Shown here one piece after another: positions 1 through 11,130 of a DNA stretch of 64,000 nucleotides. The translations under genes and the position numbers were made by a program. Position 1 is the first letter of the stretch; every line of letters starts with the position of its first letter. Origin of the DNA: Lophium mytilinum (lineage: Eukaryota); the NCBI GenBank assembly GCA_010093605.1, contig MU004196.1:84606-148605 (forward strand). The letters are read 5' to 3'. The notes below the pieces were generated by a model, which saw only the letters and a list, made by a program, of their open reading frames with translations, was not told the origin of the DNA and did not search any database.

Positions 1-307
1 TTCGTATTACGGGCCGTTGAATCTGTTGACGTATAACGTGGGGCTGCATAATGAGCACCATGATTTCCCGGCTGTGCCGTGGACGAAGCTGCCGGCGTTG
101 AACAGGATGGCGAGCGAGTTTTATGATGAGTTGCCGTGTCATAAGAGCTGGATCTACGTTATTTGGCAGTTTATATGGGACAAGGAGGTTGGGCTGTGGT
201 GTCGGGTCAAGAGGGCGGAGGGGGGTAGGAGAGTTGGTGGTGGTGGGGCGTGGGGAATTGAGGAGTTAGGGGCGAATGAGGCGAGTGAGATTGCAGGTGT
301 AAGATGA
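1..307 (+). CDS. DES1: Sphingolipid (dihydroceramide) delta-4 desaturase, 3' end only
   Basis: SYYGPLNLLTYNVGLHNEHHDFPAVPWTKLP contains the third His box (HNEHH) typical of DES1/DEGS desaturases; stop at 305-307. Confidence 0.9.
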   Translation, partial: SYYGPLNLLTYNVGLHNEHHDFPAVPWTKLPALNRMASEFYDELPCHKSWIYVIWQFIWDKEVGLWCRVKRAEGGRRVGGGGAWGIEELGANEASEIAGVR

Positions 308-931
308 GGTTAAGAAGTAATGGCGTATTAGGAATTAGAAATATCATACTTATGTCTAGCGAGCCTTCACGAGTAAAATATGCTCCCGTGTACGAGACGG
401 AGGTGCTGTATATTTAGGCTGCAATTACCAACTAGGCGCTACTCCTGGCGCTTGGCTATTCGCCGTGTAGACATTTGAATATTCCAACCTGTCTTTACAT
501 AATTGAGACATTTCCGCCATCATTACCCAGACCTTGTAGCTCTAGGCACGTGATATATCATAAGCACTAAAATCACCACTATCTAACTATCTCGTGAATA
601 AATAGGAGCACGTCGAAGGTCATGTCCCCCCTCTCCTATCGTGCACGAGCCCTCAGCGACTTCTCCATCACCAGCATGCTGAGCCATCACAAGGCAATAC
701 TTTTCAGGGGCAGCAAGCCACACTCAGCCTGGCTATCTATGGAACCGCCCTTGGGCACTCTGGGCTGCCTAACGCCGCCATTTCCTACTCGCTGGCCCTC
801 CATCATGCAGCACAGCCGCGCAACTTTACTTACATGGCACCAGGCACTCCTCGGGCGAGCTGCTCTGCTCTTCCAGCTTCAGCACCCATGAAAACTACGC
901 CTACGACCCAATGTAACTTAGCAGTCTAATC

Positions 932-3783
932 ATGCCAAAAAGCCTTTTTCACAGGTTGGTCCATTCCGAACCGGACTTCCAAACGCTGAGCCAGGATATC
1001 TGTAATGGCCTGCAAGAGCGCATGGAAGAGCCCTTCGAAACCGATCCTGACTCTGCTTTCATCACTCAGCAAGATCTACACAATGTCTGGGCTGCGGAAG
1101 GCCTCAACGGAACTAAGAGCTTATTCTCAAAGCTTAGCGATGCGCTCCGCCTGAACGACAAGCAAAAAGTCGATCTTCGTGCCCGTCTCAAAATTATCTC
1201 TACGCTCGCGTGGACAGGAGGAGCTTTGAATGAGAGTCTTGCCAGCCTTTCCTGTAGTGATATGGATCTGCCCCTATCAAAAGACGATGTCACAAAGCAC
1301 TTTCCCAAATTGATAAATAAGGACGAATTCATGCGACAACAGTTCCGGTTTCTACCTATTCAGCTATGCGAACTGTCTAAAGACAGCCCAAGCCATGAGA
1401 TGAAAAAGCATGCTCGTCTTCCGTTTTCACTCAAGACGGTCGTGCACGGCGACAAGCATAGCAAATCAATGGTTTCCATTGGGTGGATCGCGAACGGATG
1501 CTTGAAATATGACACAAGCAAAGCGAGACCAACACCTGAACCAACGCCTAAATCAACTCCTGAACCTATACCTATCGACGTACCGGTATGTACCAACACT
1601 CAGCCTGATCAACCACAATCTAACCTATGATTTGATGTGGTAGCAAGATCGCCTATTGGCTGTCAAGAAGTACAGGATGAGGCAGGATTTTGTAGACGAG
1701 GCGGGAAACCTCCAGAAACTTCGGTCAGCCCCAAAGCCACATCCAAACATCCTTCTCAACATCGGTGCAGTTTCTATTATCGATGACTCTGGCTTTCTTG
1801 TCTTTGATGCTGCACACTGCGATCTCGAGGATTTGCTTTCCTGCAAATGCAAGTTTCGGGGCTTCCAACCATCAATTCTACTCGACAATGCTTGCGGAAT
1901 TGCCGAAGCCCTTGCTTGGTGCCACCAGGATATTCAGGAAGTAGGGGCTGGAGAGCGTAAAGTCATTCACAGCGATTTGAAACCAAAAAACATCCTCGTT
2001 TTTGATGAGAGCTTAAGCAGACATGCGTGGAAGATTACAGATTTTGGAATCTCGGAAATCATACATCGAGCTCCTGATGACACAGGGACAATGCGAGGCC
2101 AAGCTCCAGGTGTTTACCAAGGTCCCGAAGTCCACCCAGGAGGGAAAATTAACTGCTCTGCAGACATGTGGTCGTTCGGTTGTATCTTGCTAGAGATCCT
2201 CGCGTTTGCGCGCGCCGGTCCTGGCGGGATTAAAGAACTTAGTGACCAGCGCCAACTTGGGGAAGCAGGTTATGAATACCGGTTCTGCCAAATTTCAAGA
2301 GGGCGAGCTCAGCTGAAGCCGACGTTGTCCAAGTTATTGGATGATTGGAATGAAGAGGAAGTCGAATGGGTGAACCAGTGGAAACAAGTGGCTCTGGACC
2401 TCTTGAAAACTAGGCCAGAGAAACGGAAGACAGCGCAAAGAACCGTAAACGTCTTGGAGGACCTTATCAAGATGTTCAACGAGCACCACTGGGTCGATCG
2501 TTGCGGTTGGGTCCCTCCACATGGAGATTCATTCGAAATAAAGAAAGAAATAACAACCACCACGCCAAACTATTCAAGGCCCTTATTTCACAGCCTCAAA
2601 ATCAAGAAACTCCGCAATAAGGAATTAAGTGCTCGAATCTCTACGCATGGAAAGTTTGCAATGTTTTGGGGCCGAGACACAGTCTTTGCCTATGGTATTG
2701 ATCAAACTTTGGGGATGTCAGTCAAAAACACATTGACAAACTTCAGAGCCACCGAGAAATATAGGATGCCGGGTGCTGAGGTAATTGACATCGAAGTAGC
2801 AGAACCATACTGCGCAATATTGCAGAAAGGGCAGAGTGCAAACCAATTTAAGGTAAGCAGCTTCTGGATTTATCGTCACCCTTTTTGGAGCTTCGCTAAT
2901 CAAATGAAAGGTATCCTTAGTCAATGTATCGGGTAATGATATTCCCAAAATACTCCCCGATGGCCAGACACCTAGATTGTCCGGGAGCGTCGCCGGACGC
3001 ATCCAAGTTTCCAACAATGGAGATCTACTTGTCAGGTGTCACTCCCAGCTAGCATATCTTCGTAAGGGAGGTCTCGAATGGAACTTCATCTTGCAGGATG
3101 CGCAAGATGTTCGAGCAGCAACTTTCAGCCGAGACGGGGCTTTAATATACGCATGGTCACGCTCTCAAGATGACAACAGGCGCAAGATGGATCACTGGTA
3201 TCTATGGGAAGTATCGGATATGACCAATTACAGAGAATGTGAAGAAGTGTTTGTAAGTTTGCATCCCCTTCTTACGCCGTATCGAGGCTGAAACGCGCAG
3301 AACCCGGGAACGAACGACGGGGGAAACGATCTCCTCCTCTGTAATGAAAGGCATCCTGACTTAGTAGGGCCCATGAAACCCCTATTCATCACGATTGATA
3401 CCCACGGGAATGGCTCAGTAATATGCGAAGACTCTGAATCTAAATCTTCAGCTCTCGGACTGGTCCAGTTCAAGTTGAATGGAGTCATTCAGGGCTCGGT
3501 CATGCCGGAGATCAACGCGGGAGTATTATTGATGAAAAGGCACGCAAGATACTTTGTCCATATCTTTGATTTGCCTGTCAGCATTCCGCAATCTTGGACT
3601 CCGACCTTTTCAGCCGCAACACAGATTTCATCATTTCTCAGCAAAGATCAGCCCCATGCTAATAGCTTTGCGGCTTGTGTTACCTTACATGACAACAGGA
3701 TAGAGATCTATCTTGCTGGCCCCAGTGCTTCGAAAAATGCCACAGCCATAATCCAGATGCTAGAGTTCACTAGAGGAGATTAA
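932..3783 (+). CDS. Divergent fungal Ser/Thr-type protein kinase with long N-terminal region and possible beta-rich C-terminal domain (895 aa, 4 exons)
   Basis: Exons 932-1585, 1644-2852, 2911-3252 and 3301-3783 join in phase 0 (donors GTATGT/GTAAGC/GTAAGT). Motifs LAVKK, FVDEAGNL, HSDLKPKNILV, KITDFG, YQGPE, SADMWSFGCILLE. No GxGxxG loop is visible. Confidence 0.85.
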
Positions 3784-3834
3784 AACTGAGTTTCCCAATG
3801 ACCATCAAACCTACGATCCTGAACAAGCCGTCTA

Positions 3835-5639
3835 TCACACCTTCGAACAACTCTTTCGGGGTAGTCTCTTATCCTTCTGTCGATCAGCTGCTAGCCACCA
3901 ACCCGCAGCTGTTAACGCGGTCAACGGGACCGTCACTACCAGATATATCCAGAAATCGGTAGCTATCCGGATACTAGACGTTTGAGAGTCAAAATCGAAA
4001 AAATTCATTCCGAATATTGACTAATCTCAAAGTAAGAACTCACACCTGCATCTTTGCGTTTGGCCGTGGACTTACCGCAACGAAACTACTTGGCAGGTAG
4101 AACATGCCCACCAAGGTCACCAACCGGATCACCGAATTGTCATCTACGGAATCCTGTGTGAGGACCAAGACCCGATCGCTGATGTCCGTCGCAATCCTTT
4201 GATGATCCAGAGCGATTTTCTGACTCGCAGCGGCTGACGACTGGTTCCGCAAGCTCAGTGTATCGGCAACCTACCTCCTGGTTAGCTCGATGTTGAAATG
4301 ACAGGAACATTAGTGATTCTCCTTACAAGCTTGATCAATCCTTTCAAACGAATCCCTATAGACTCGGTAGAGCTTTGATATCCACGAACGCGAACTCCGA
4401 TATGATCCAGGGCCACGGCGACGCCATCGTACTCCGCTCTATCGTACAGCTCTTCCGCAGCGAACATCACATTCGATTTGGAGAGACAGTCAACCAAATT
4501 GCTCGTTGCAGTCAAAATGACTGGAATTGATTGCACTTTCACCTCTAGGCGCCTGAGTTTATCCATGACATTGAAGTTGAAGGTTTTGTTGAAATCGTCG
4601 TCGTTGTCGAACTCAACTGCTGAAATGTACGTTTGCTATCCTTGCGTTAGACCGCCTTCCCAAAAGATCTAATAGAGTCAAACTTACGTGGTGTTGGTAT
4701 AGCTCTCCAAGCTCTGTGAGGTAATCTCGCCAATTATCTACATAGGCTAACAGTATCATCAGGTTCTGACGGAGAGGATTTGCTTCTATCAATCTCCATC
4801 GTTCGTAACTCCTGGCTTCGTGAATAAGTGCTTCCTCCGCTGCTGAGTCTTCCTTTGGATGGAACATTAAGCAGATCCTCTGGGAGCCTTTTTCTGTGAC
4901 AGAGACGCGGTGATAGACCGCTGTTTGACGCATCGTGAATTTCAGGTCTTGCGCACGCCCATGTCTTTCGGGATATTTCAATTGATACGCGAGCTCTATT
5001 GTACATTTCAAGGTTGTCAATCGTCATGTTCTCTATCTAATTGGACCTTTAAACCTACCAAACTTTTTTGGCCCTCGTCTCGACACATCACAAAACGTAT
5101 TCGAGTAGCCTTCTTCGAAAACCAGCGATTCAGCTGCGTGTCCGTGCAGGACGTCCAAAAATACAGGCGCAACATAGTGGTATGAAAGAATTTTTCGAAG
5201 GTGGGCTTCCGTGATCGGAAATGGCTTGAAAGAATGCTCCTGGGAAATCGATCTACAGGCTTTAGACGAATAACCTCGTCGGCTGAACGCTCGACTTACA
5301 TGATTTTCGTGCTGGCGATTCCGCGATTTCTCTGGGTAGGAACCGTTCCCGGAGATGTTCCTTCGGTGATTCTTTTGTACGTTGGGATCAGGCCATCTCG
5401 TCGGAGGTTAGGTAGTGTTGCTTTTTGAAGATGTCACAATACTAACCATTCGACGTAATGACTCCAATATTCGTCTCCGCAGAACACATTAACCTCGCCC
5501 AATTCGCTAGCCTCTCATTATACAGTTGGCCGTTGATTCCCAGCAACACGTCATCTGCTAGATTCAATGGATAGTATTCCCAACCATGCGCCGGAAGATC
5601 GTCAGCCTTGCAGCCCGAATCGAGCGCCATAGCCGCCAT
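3835..5639 (-). CDS. Fungal CorA-like (2-TM, GMN motif) membrane protein (493 aa, 7 exons)
   Basis: Exons 5639-5447, 5396-5300, 5252-5059, 4995-4688, 4635-4327, 4270-4076 and 4020-3835 join without stops (one acceptor is a less usual GAG). C-terminus IRLVTLVGMFYLPSSFVA-SIFGMNFF...FWIYLVVTVPLTALTAAGWW gives two TMs plus GMN. The N-terminal part has YQLKYPERHGR...RQTAVYH. Confidence 0.85.
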
Positions 5640-6083
5640 TTGATCCAAAGGATATGCAATCGACCACTGCAGTGGAATCGTTCAACTCATAGCTGATATA
5701 ACTCATTTGGCAGACAAGGCGCAACACCTAGGCAGAAGCCCAAGAGACGGAGGAACATTTCGATGCAATGAGAGGAGGTTCGATCGCTTGCATGTGGAAA
5801 ACGCCACGAGAGCGTGGCAGCCAATAAAGATGTCAAGATATGGTTACGGCGCAACATGCTGATGCAGAGGACAGAAAGTGGTCATATTTTGCCTTTCTCC
5901 ATTTCAGCCTTCTCGCGAGGCTGTGGCTGGTCACAAAAATAACGGCATCGAGATCGTGTTCACCACCAGCCCTTACTCTGCTGATTGACTCCCTAAGCTT
6001 GTCATTTGCTCCAAACGCTATCCCTCTTCATAATGCTTCTGGACAGTTATGAGCCGCGATCGTTCAACATACTGCTCGCAGAC

Positions 6084-9000
6084 CTACTGTATCTCGTCCT
6101 ACGTAAACAAGTCAGCCTGACAGAAGACAGCGCGCCAACTCAAGATATGCTTACTAGGGTCAACTCCCGCGGAGCCTCGTATGTCCAAGTTTCAGCTCCG
6201 GTTCGCTAGTCGTGGTCAGCCATCACTATGCCACGAAATGAAAAGAGTAAACAGGGCTACCGTCAATTCAATTAATCAACGAGAGGGGTCGCCGTTAATT
6301 GAATTGACAGCTTAGTTAACAGAGTCTATATTAATTAATTAATTGACGTTAATATTAAAGTTATTAATTAATTAACAATATATAAGTAAGAATTCTTAGT
6401 ATAGTATTAAGCTACTTATTATTATCTATACTACCTACCTTGCTGTGGCTATCCTTCTTAGTATTACTATTAATGTCCTAAATAGGCTCCTTAACTGTAT
6501 TAGCTTAACGTTACTTTAGCTAGTTTTCTCTTATAAGGCTACTATCTAGTAAGTTAATTACCCCTTTCTTATTCTATAAGGAGAGTAATATATAGGCGCT
6601 AATAATATTTATATATAAGGTTAACCTTCTTAGATTCTAAAGCAGGCCTATTTAGTTAAAGTCTTATTTATTAGACGTACTTATAGTAGGAACTAATATA
6701 TAATTAAGAGCTATCCGCGCTAGCCGCGGGAATTTAAAGTAATTAAGCTTAGAAACCTAATACTCTACTAGGTTAGTTACCTAGATATTATTATAATAGT
6801 TTCTATAAGCTAGCTACCTTATATACTTATTATTACGGCCTGCACCTAGAGTAGTTAGGGTGCCTGTGGACCTAGTATTAGGGGTGCCTAGTACTAAGCT
6901 TAATAATATTATAAGGCTTATAAAGCTAGTTATAAAGCTAGTACTAAACTACTTATTATTATTATTAGCTAATATCTCTAGCTAAGAAATAGGCCTAGGT
7001 TAATAATTAATTACTATATTTTTATACTTTAAGTCCTATAAATAAAGTACTTTCTCTTAGGTAGATCTAAGCTACTACACCGGCCACCTCTTCTCTACCT
7101 ATACCTACTTGTGCGCAGGATAAAGAATAATAGTAGTAATATAGGCAGGGGAGTAATTAGTAAGATAGTAGTATTTATTAAGCTTTATCTACGCTATTAG
7201 GTAATTAGCTAAAGTAATATTAACTATAGGTAGACTGTATAAAACGGGAAGTATAAAATAGCAAGTATAAAATAGTAAGTATAAAATAGCAAGTATAAAA
7301 TAGTAAGTATAAATAGTAAGTATATAGGTAACTAGTATACTTTCTATTTATCTATATACTTTCTATTTACCTATATACTTTCTATTTACCTATATACTTT
7401 CTATTTTATACTTGCTATTTTATACTTGCTATTTTATACTTTCTATTTTATATAGCGTCTATTATATACCTAGATTAATATTATTCCTAAAGTAAGTTTC
7501 CGGGTGTATAGTATATTAGATCTTACTTCTTTTAAGATAAGCTAATAGCTATTTAAAGGTAGGCAGTACCTTCTATAGAGAACCCCCTCTTTCTTTATAA
7601 ATCTAACCCTCTAGGTACTTTATAGTAAGTTTAAAAGGCTTTAAAAGCTCTAGGTATTATATAATTATAATCTAGTTGTTATCTAAGAGGTATTAGTCTA
7701 TAATCTTTAGCCGCAAACGCTGTCTTATAGGTGCTAGCTGTATACTATTCTAGGTAATAGTAGTCTAATAGGTGTTTTATTCTATATATATTAGTAGGCT
7801 GCATAATTTAGGGAGTATATATAGGAGCTGTAGAGAATAGAGAGTATATAAAGAATAGAGAGTATATAATATACTAATAACCTCCTCTATAACTACTATA
7901 TTAATAGATGCTTATATTTTAGTAGTATATTCTATTATTACTTTAATTATGTTCTATCTTATAGCTACTAGCTTAATAGGTAGAAGGCACTAATCGCCAG
8001 CCTCTACCTAGTATATAGTAAGGCGTTACATACGCTGCTTACTATTAAATAGCTATATTATAATATAACGTAGCTTTATAATTAGACTAATGCGCTACTA
8101 TACCTATAGCTCTATTACTATATGCTTATTAAGAATATTATAGTTATAATTAGCGGTAAAGTCGCCCTCCTATTTTCTAGTAAAAAGCGCGCTAACTATA
8201 AGGTTAATAATATAACTAAGGCAGCGCAGCTATTGTTTAAGTTTATTAATGCTAAAGAACGCTATCTCGCGTATAAAGGTATTAAGATTTAACGCGTTAT
8301 TAGTAATAATATAGCTAACTTACTCCGGGCGAATTCTAAATAGCTATAAGAGATATTAGTATATAGAAAGGATGTATTATTAAATAGAAAGGCTAAATTA
8401 TAAAACAGGAAGGCTAAATTATAAAATAGGAAGGCTAATTAGAGGCTATATAGGCACGGAGAGGCTAATATATATAGAGAGAATCTATATAACTATATTC
8501 TTAATATTAACGCTACCGTGCTCTGCCAGCAGCTTAGGTAAAGCTAGAACTATTAATTAGTATATATTTACAGCGTCTATAAAGTAAATATTAATACCTA
8601 GTAGTACTTTTTAATTATAAGCTATCTAGATATCTATTAAGAAGTATAGCTTTCCTAGCGTAGTACTAAGTAGATTCTTTACTATTTCTTAATAGCGATT
8701 AAACTCTAGCATTACTATAGTATAAGTAGTAGTCTAGCTAAGTAGGTAGTTATCTTTATCTATAGTATTATTAAGGTAGGTAAGAAGAGTATAGAAGTAG
8801 CTATTCTTAATAGCTAGAATATATTAGTATATCCTATAGTAGCCTATATAGCGTGTAGTAGTAATATATATATCTAGAAACGGCATCTTAGTATATATAA
8901 GCCATTAAATAAGAAGCTAGAAGAAATAGATAGGTTAGAAACTACAGATAATAGTATTAATTATTCTCTAGCCGGATAGCTATGTTACTATTAGCTTAAG

Positions 9001-10118
9001 CTGCTTAATTATTAAGAGTATCCTAGAAGCACTAGTATTCTATACCTACTAGCTAATAAAGATTCTATATTATTTAGTAAGGTAATTTATATAATTTACT
9101 ATACCATTACTAGTATAGATATAGTAGTTATAGCGGTTAATAGCCTTTTATCTATAGTAAACTTTATAATACTACTATTACTTACTATCTACTTTATAGT
9201 AGATATTATAGCTATAAAACTAGAACTTACTATACTATATATGCGCACTCTATATAGGCTAATAATATCTAGAAAGGTAGGTCTAATTAATTCTATTATA
9301 TATTATAATGTAATTTAGCTGTATAGCCGCTTTCTCTATCTATTAGCAGCAAGCCTCTTATATAGTATCTATATCCTTAGTATTATTATTAGTAGGCCCC
9401 TAGAGGGCGACATTTTTATCTATAGGTATATTAGTTAGAGGGCTAGTAGAATAGGGTGGAGAATTAGCATACTATATATTATAGTGCTAAGGACGTTAAG
9501 TATAACAGCCGCGTGCGGTAGGAGGTATAGCGGCGATAAGGATAGCGTTAATAAGTATAGGGGCGATAGCGGCAATAAGAAGGATAGTAGTTATGCTATT
9601 ATATAAGAGCTATTATAAAAACTCTATATTTTACTAATTATATAGCTAAGTAAAATAGAAAGGCTATAGAAAATAGAGAGTATATAGTCTATAGTAAGTA
9701 TAAAATAGTAAGTATATAAGTATAAGAATAGCAAGTATAGCATTATAGCTAGTTAGTTAGCTAACTAATAGAAGGCTAAGAATTATAGACCTCCGGGCCT
9801 CTAATAATACTAAACTATAATACTAAACCTATATACTCTTACCTATTAATTAATTAATTAACTTAACTAAATAGGCCCTCTATATTAATTAATTGACTAT
9901 AATCTAGATAGCTTGTTAATTAAGTTAATTAATAAAAACGTCAATTAATTAATTAACAAGTTAACTCGTTAATTAAAGGGTAGCTCTAAGAGTAAAGGCA
10001 AAGCGACACCAACCTTAACCTTGAAGTCCAGCAGGCCGAACTCATCCTTCAACTTTCTTTCGAGTCTTTCTTGGACTAGATAGTTCGAAAGTCTCTCATT
10101 TATCACGTACTTGTCCAT
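6084..10118 (-). CDS. Three-exon microprotein (56 aa), intron 1 interrupted by the hAT element
   Basis: Exon1 10118-10014 MDKYVINERLSNYLVQERLERKLKDEFGLLDFKVK, donor GTTGGT. Exon2 6205-6155 RTGAETWTYEAPRELTL after GCTGAC..TAG, donor GTAAGC. Exon3 6098-6084 DEIQ* after GCTGAC..TAG. All phase 0. Removing the element and one TSD restores a 63-nt intron. Confidence 0.75.
6560..6790 (-). pseudogene. hAT transposase C-terminal dimerisation-domain remnant
   Basis: Reversing G>A/C>T changes gives DPVEYW...FPRLARMALDY..VP..S...ER.FS-like sequence. Several in-frame TAG/TAA stops. Confidence 0.8.
7249..7450. repeat. Head-to-head short tandem arrays inside the transposon (AAGTATAAAATAGC-type, then its reverse complement TATACTTGCTATTT-type)
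   Basis: About five 14-bp units at 7249-7325, then several inverted 14-20-bp units at 7336-7450. The same motif recurs at ~9690-9740. Confidence 0.75.
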
Positions 10119-10377
10119 AATGCCGATATCAGTATTCAGTGAGGAACCGCGGGAGTGTTTTCCACTCGAGACTGGCAAGGCAGACTTCCTACACGACGGT
10201 TATATAAATTGCACGCGGGGCAGTGCGCCAAAACAAGGCAGATAAGCTGCAAAGATAAGCCATCGGTCGCTGTTGGAGCCGCATGCAGGTGTCTGACTTG
10301 CTTCCGGTTGACGGTCTGCATGTGGCGTTTGGCCAACACGAAGGGCGTTGTCTGCATATTTTCCAGCCTTTCTTTGC

Positions 10378-10956
10378 GTCTGGTGACCCAGCGCTATAAT
10401 CCAGTCCCAAGAATACTCTAATAGGTAACGATTCCGGACGCCTTTAGGGGGATCAACAGCTCGCGAGCCAGTGAATCTTCCAGCTGGCTCATTATTAGCC
10501 AAGAAATGCAGGTTTACAGAGGTCGACTCAGTATCCGCGCTGTGCCATCGGACGCAAGGAGAGGCTGTCGGCGAGAAAGCCGTGAATGCAAGGGCTGAGT
10601 TATCGTGGCGTTTCTCAATATTGAATCCGGCACATCTCCATTGCAATGGGCTGGAGACTGCAGGATGCTGTCTCAGGCTGAAGGGACTGCAAGGTTGCCT
10701 TTTTCTCAGCCTCTCCGCCCCTTTCATAGTAGAGCGCCTGCAGCTTGCTCTCACAGGCTTTTCCCACATCTAGTGACCCAGCGCTAAAATAACACCACAA
10801 AATTACCGTATAAGGCCGCCTGACCGGACGCCTCTAAAAAGGCATACAAGTCTCCTAGCCAATCAATATTTAGGGTAGCTCACATTAGCCTAGAAAAGGA
10901 GCTTGACTAGGGTTAACTCGGCTTTCGCGCTAGGTCCTCGTGCGTAAAGAGAGGCT
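10378..10956. repeat. Diverged direct duplication of ~190 bp (10378-10566 and 10769-10956)
   Basis: Shared collinear anchors TCT(G/A)GTGACCCAGCGCTA, CCGGACGCCT, ATTAGCC(A/T)AGAAA, CGCGCT and GAGAGGCT at a ~390-bp offset. Confidence 0.7.
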
Positions 10957-11130
10957 CTATCTCTGCCACTGCGCTCGACGTTAGGTGACGTGGTACCCCT
11001 TGAGAACTGCATTTCCCTCTGTTGCATTCTTTTTGCTAACTCTGATATTGCGTCGCACCTTCTTCGAGTTCCACAATCTACCCTTCCGAGACTCGACTAT
11101 CCTCTGATCGTTCTGGTCGTTCACCTCGAG

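Larger units (their letters stand above)
6252..9988 (-). mobile_element. RIP-degraded hAT DNA transposon (3737 bp)
   Basis: 8-bp TSD AGAGTAAA at 6244-6251 and 9989-9996. Ends CAGGGCTACC / GGTAGCTCTA are an inverted pair differing by transitions. Subterminal AATTAATTGAC-like repeats at both ends. Very AT/TpA-rich interior. Minus strand ~6560-6780 reads Y*VSKLNYFKFPRLARIALNYILVPTISTSNK*DF, a RIP-ed hAT C-terminal dimerisation motif. Confidence 0.9.

Noticed and set aside
622..891. 89-aa ORF just upstream of the kinase
   Set aside because: No recognisable motif or splice link to the kinase; it could be a uORF but is unsupported.
6252..9988. AT-rich block as a mitochondrial insertion or centromere
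   Set aside because: It has TIRs, an 8-bp TSD, TpA excess and a hAT remnant, which fits a RIP-ed transposon.
9969..10178. 69-aa ORF as listed in the track
   Set aside because: It starts at a non-ATG codon and its last codons run through a splice donor into the TSD/TIR; only 10118-10014 is treated as an exon.
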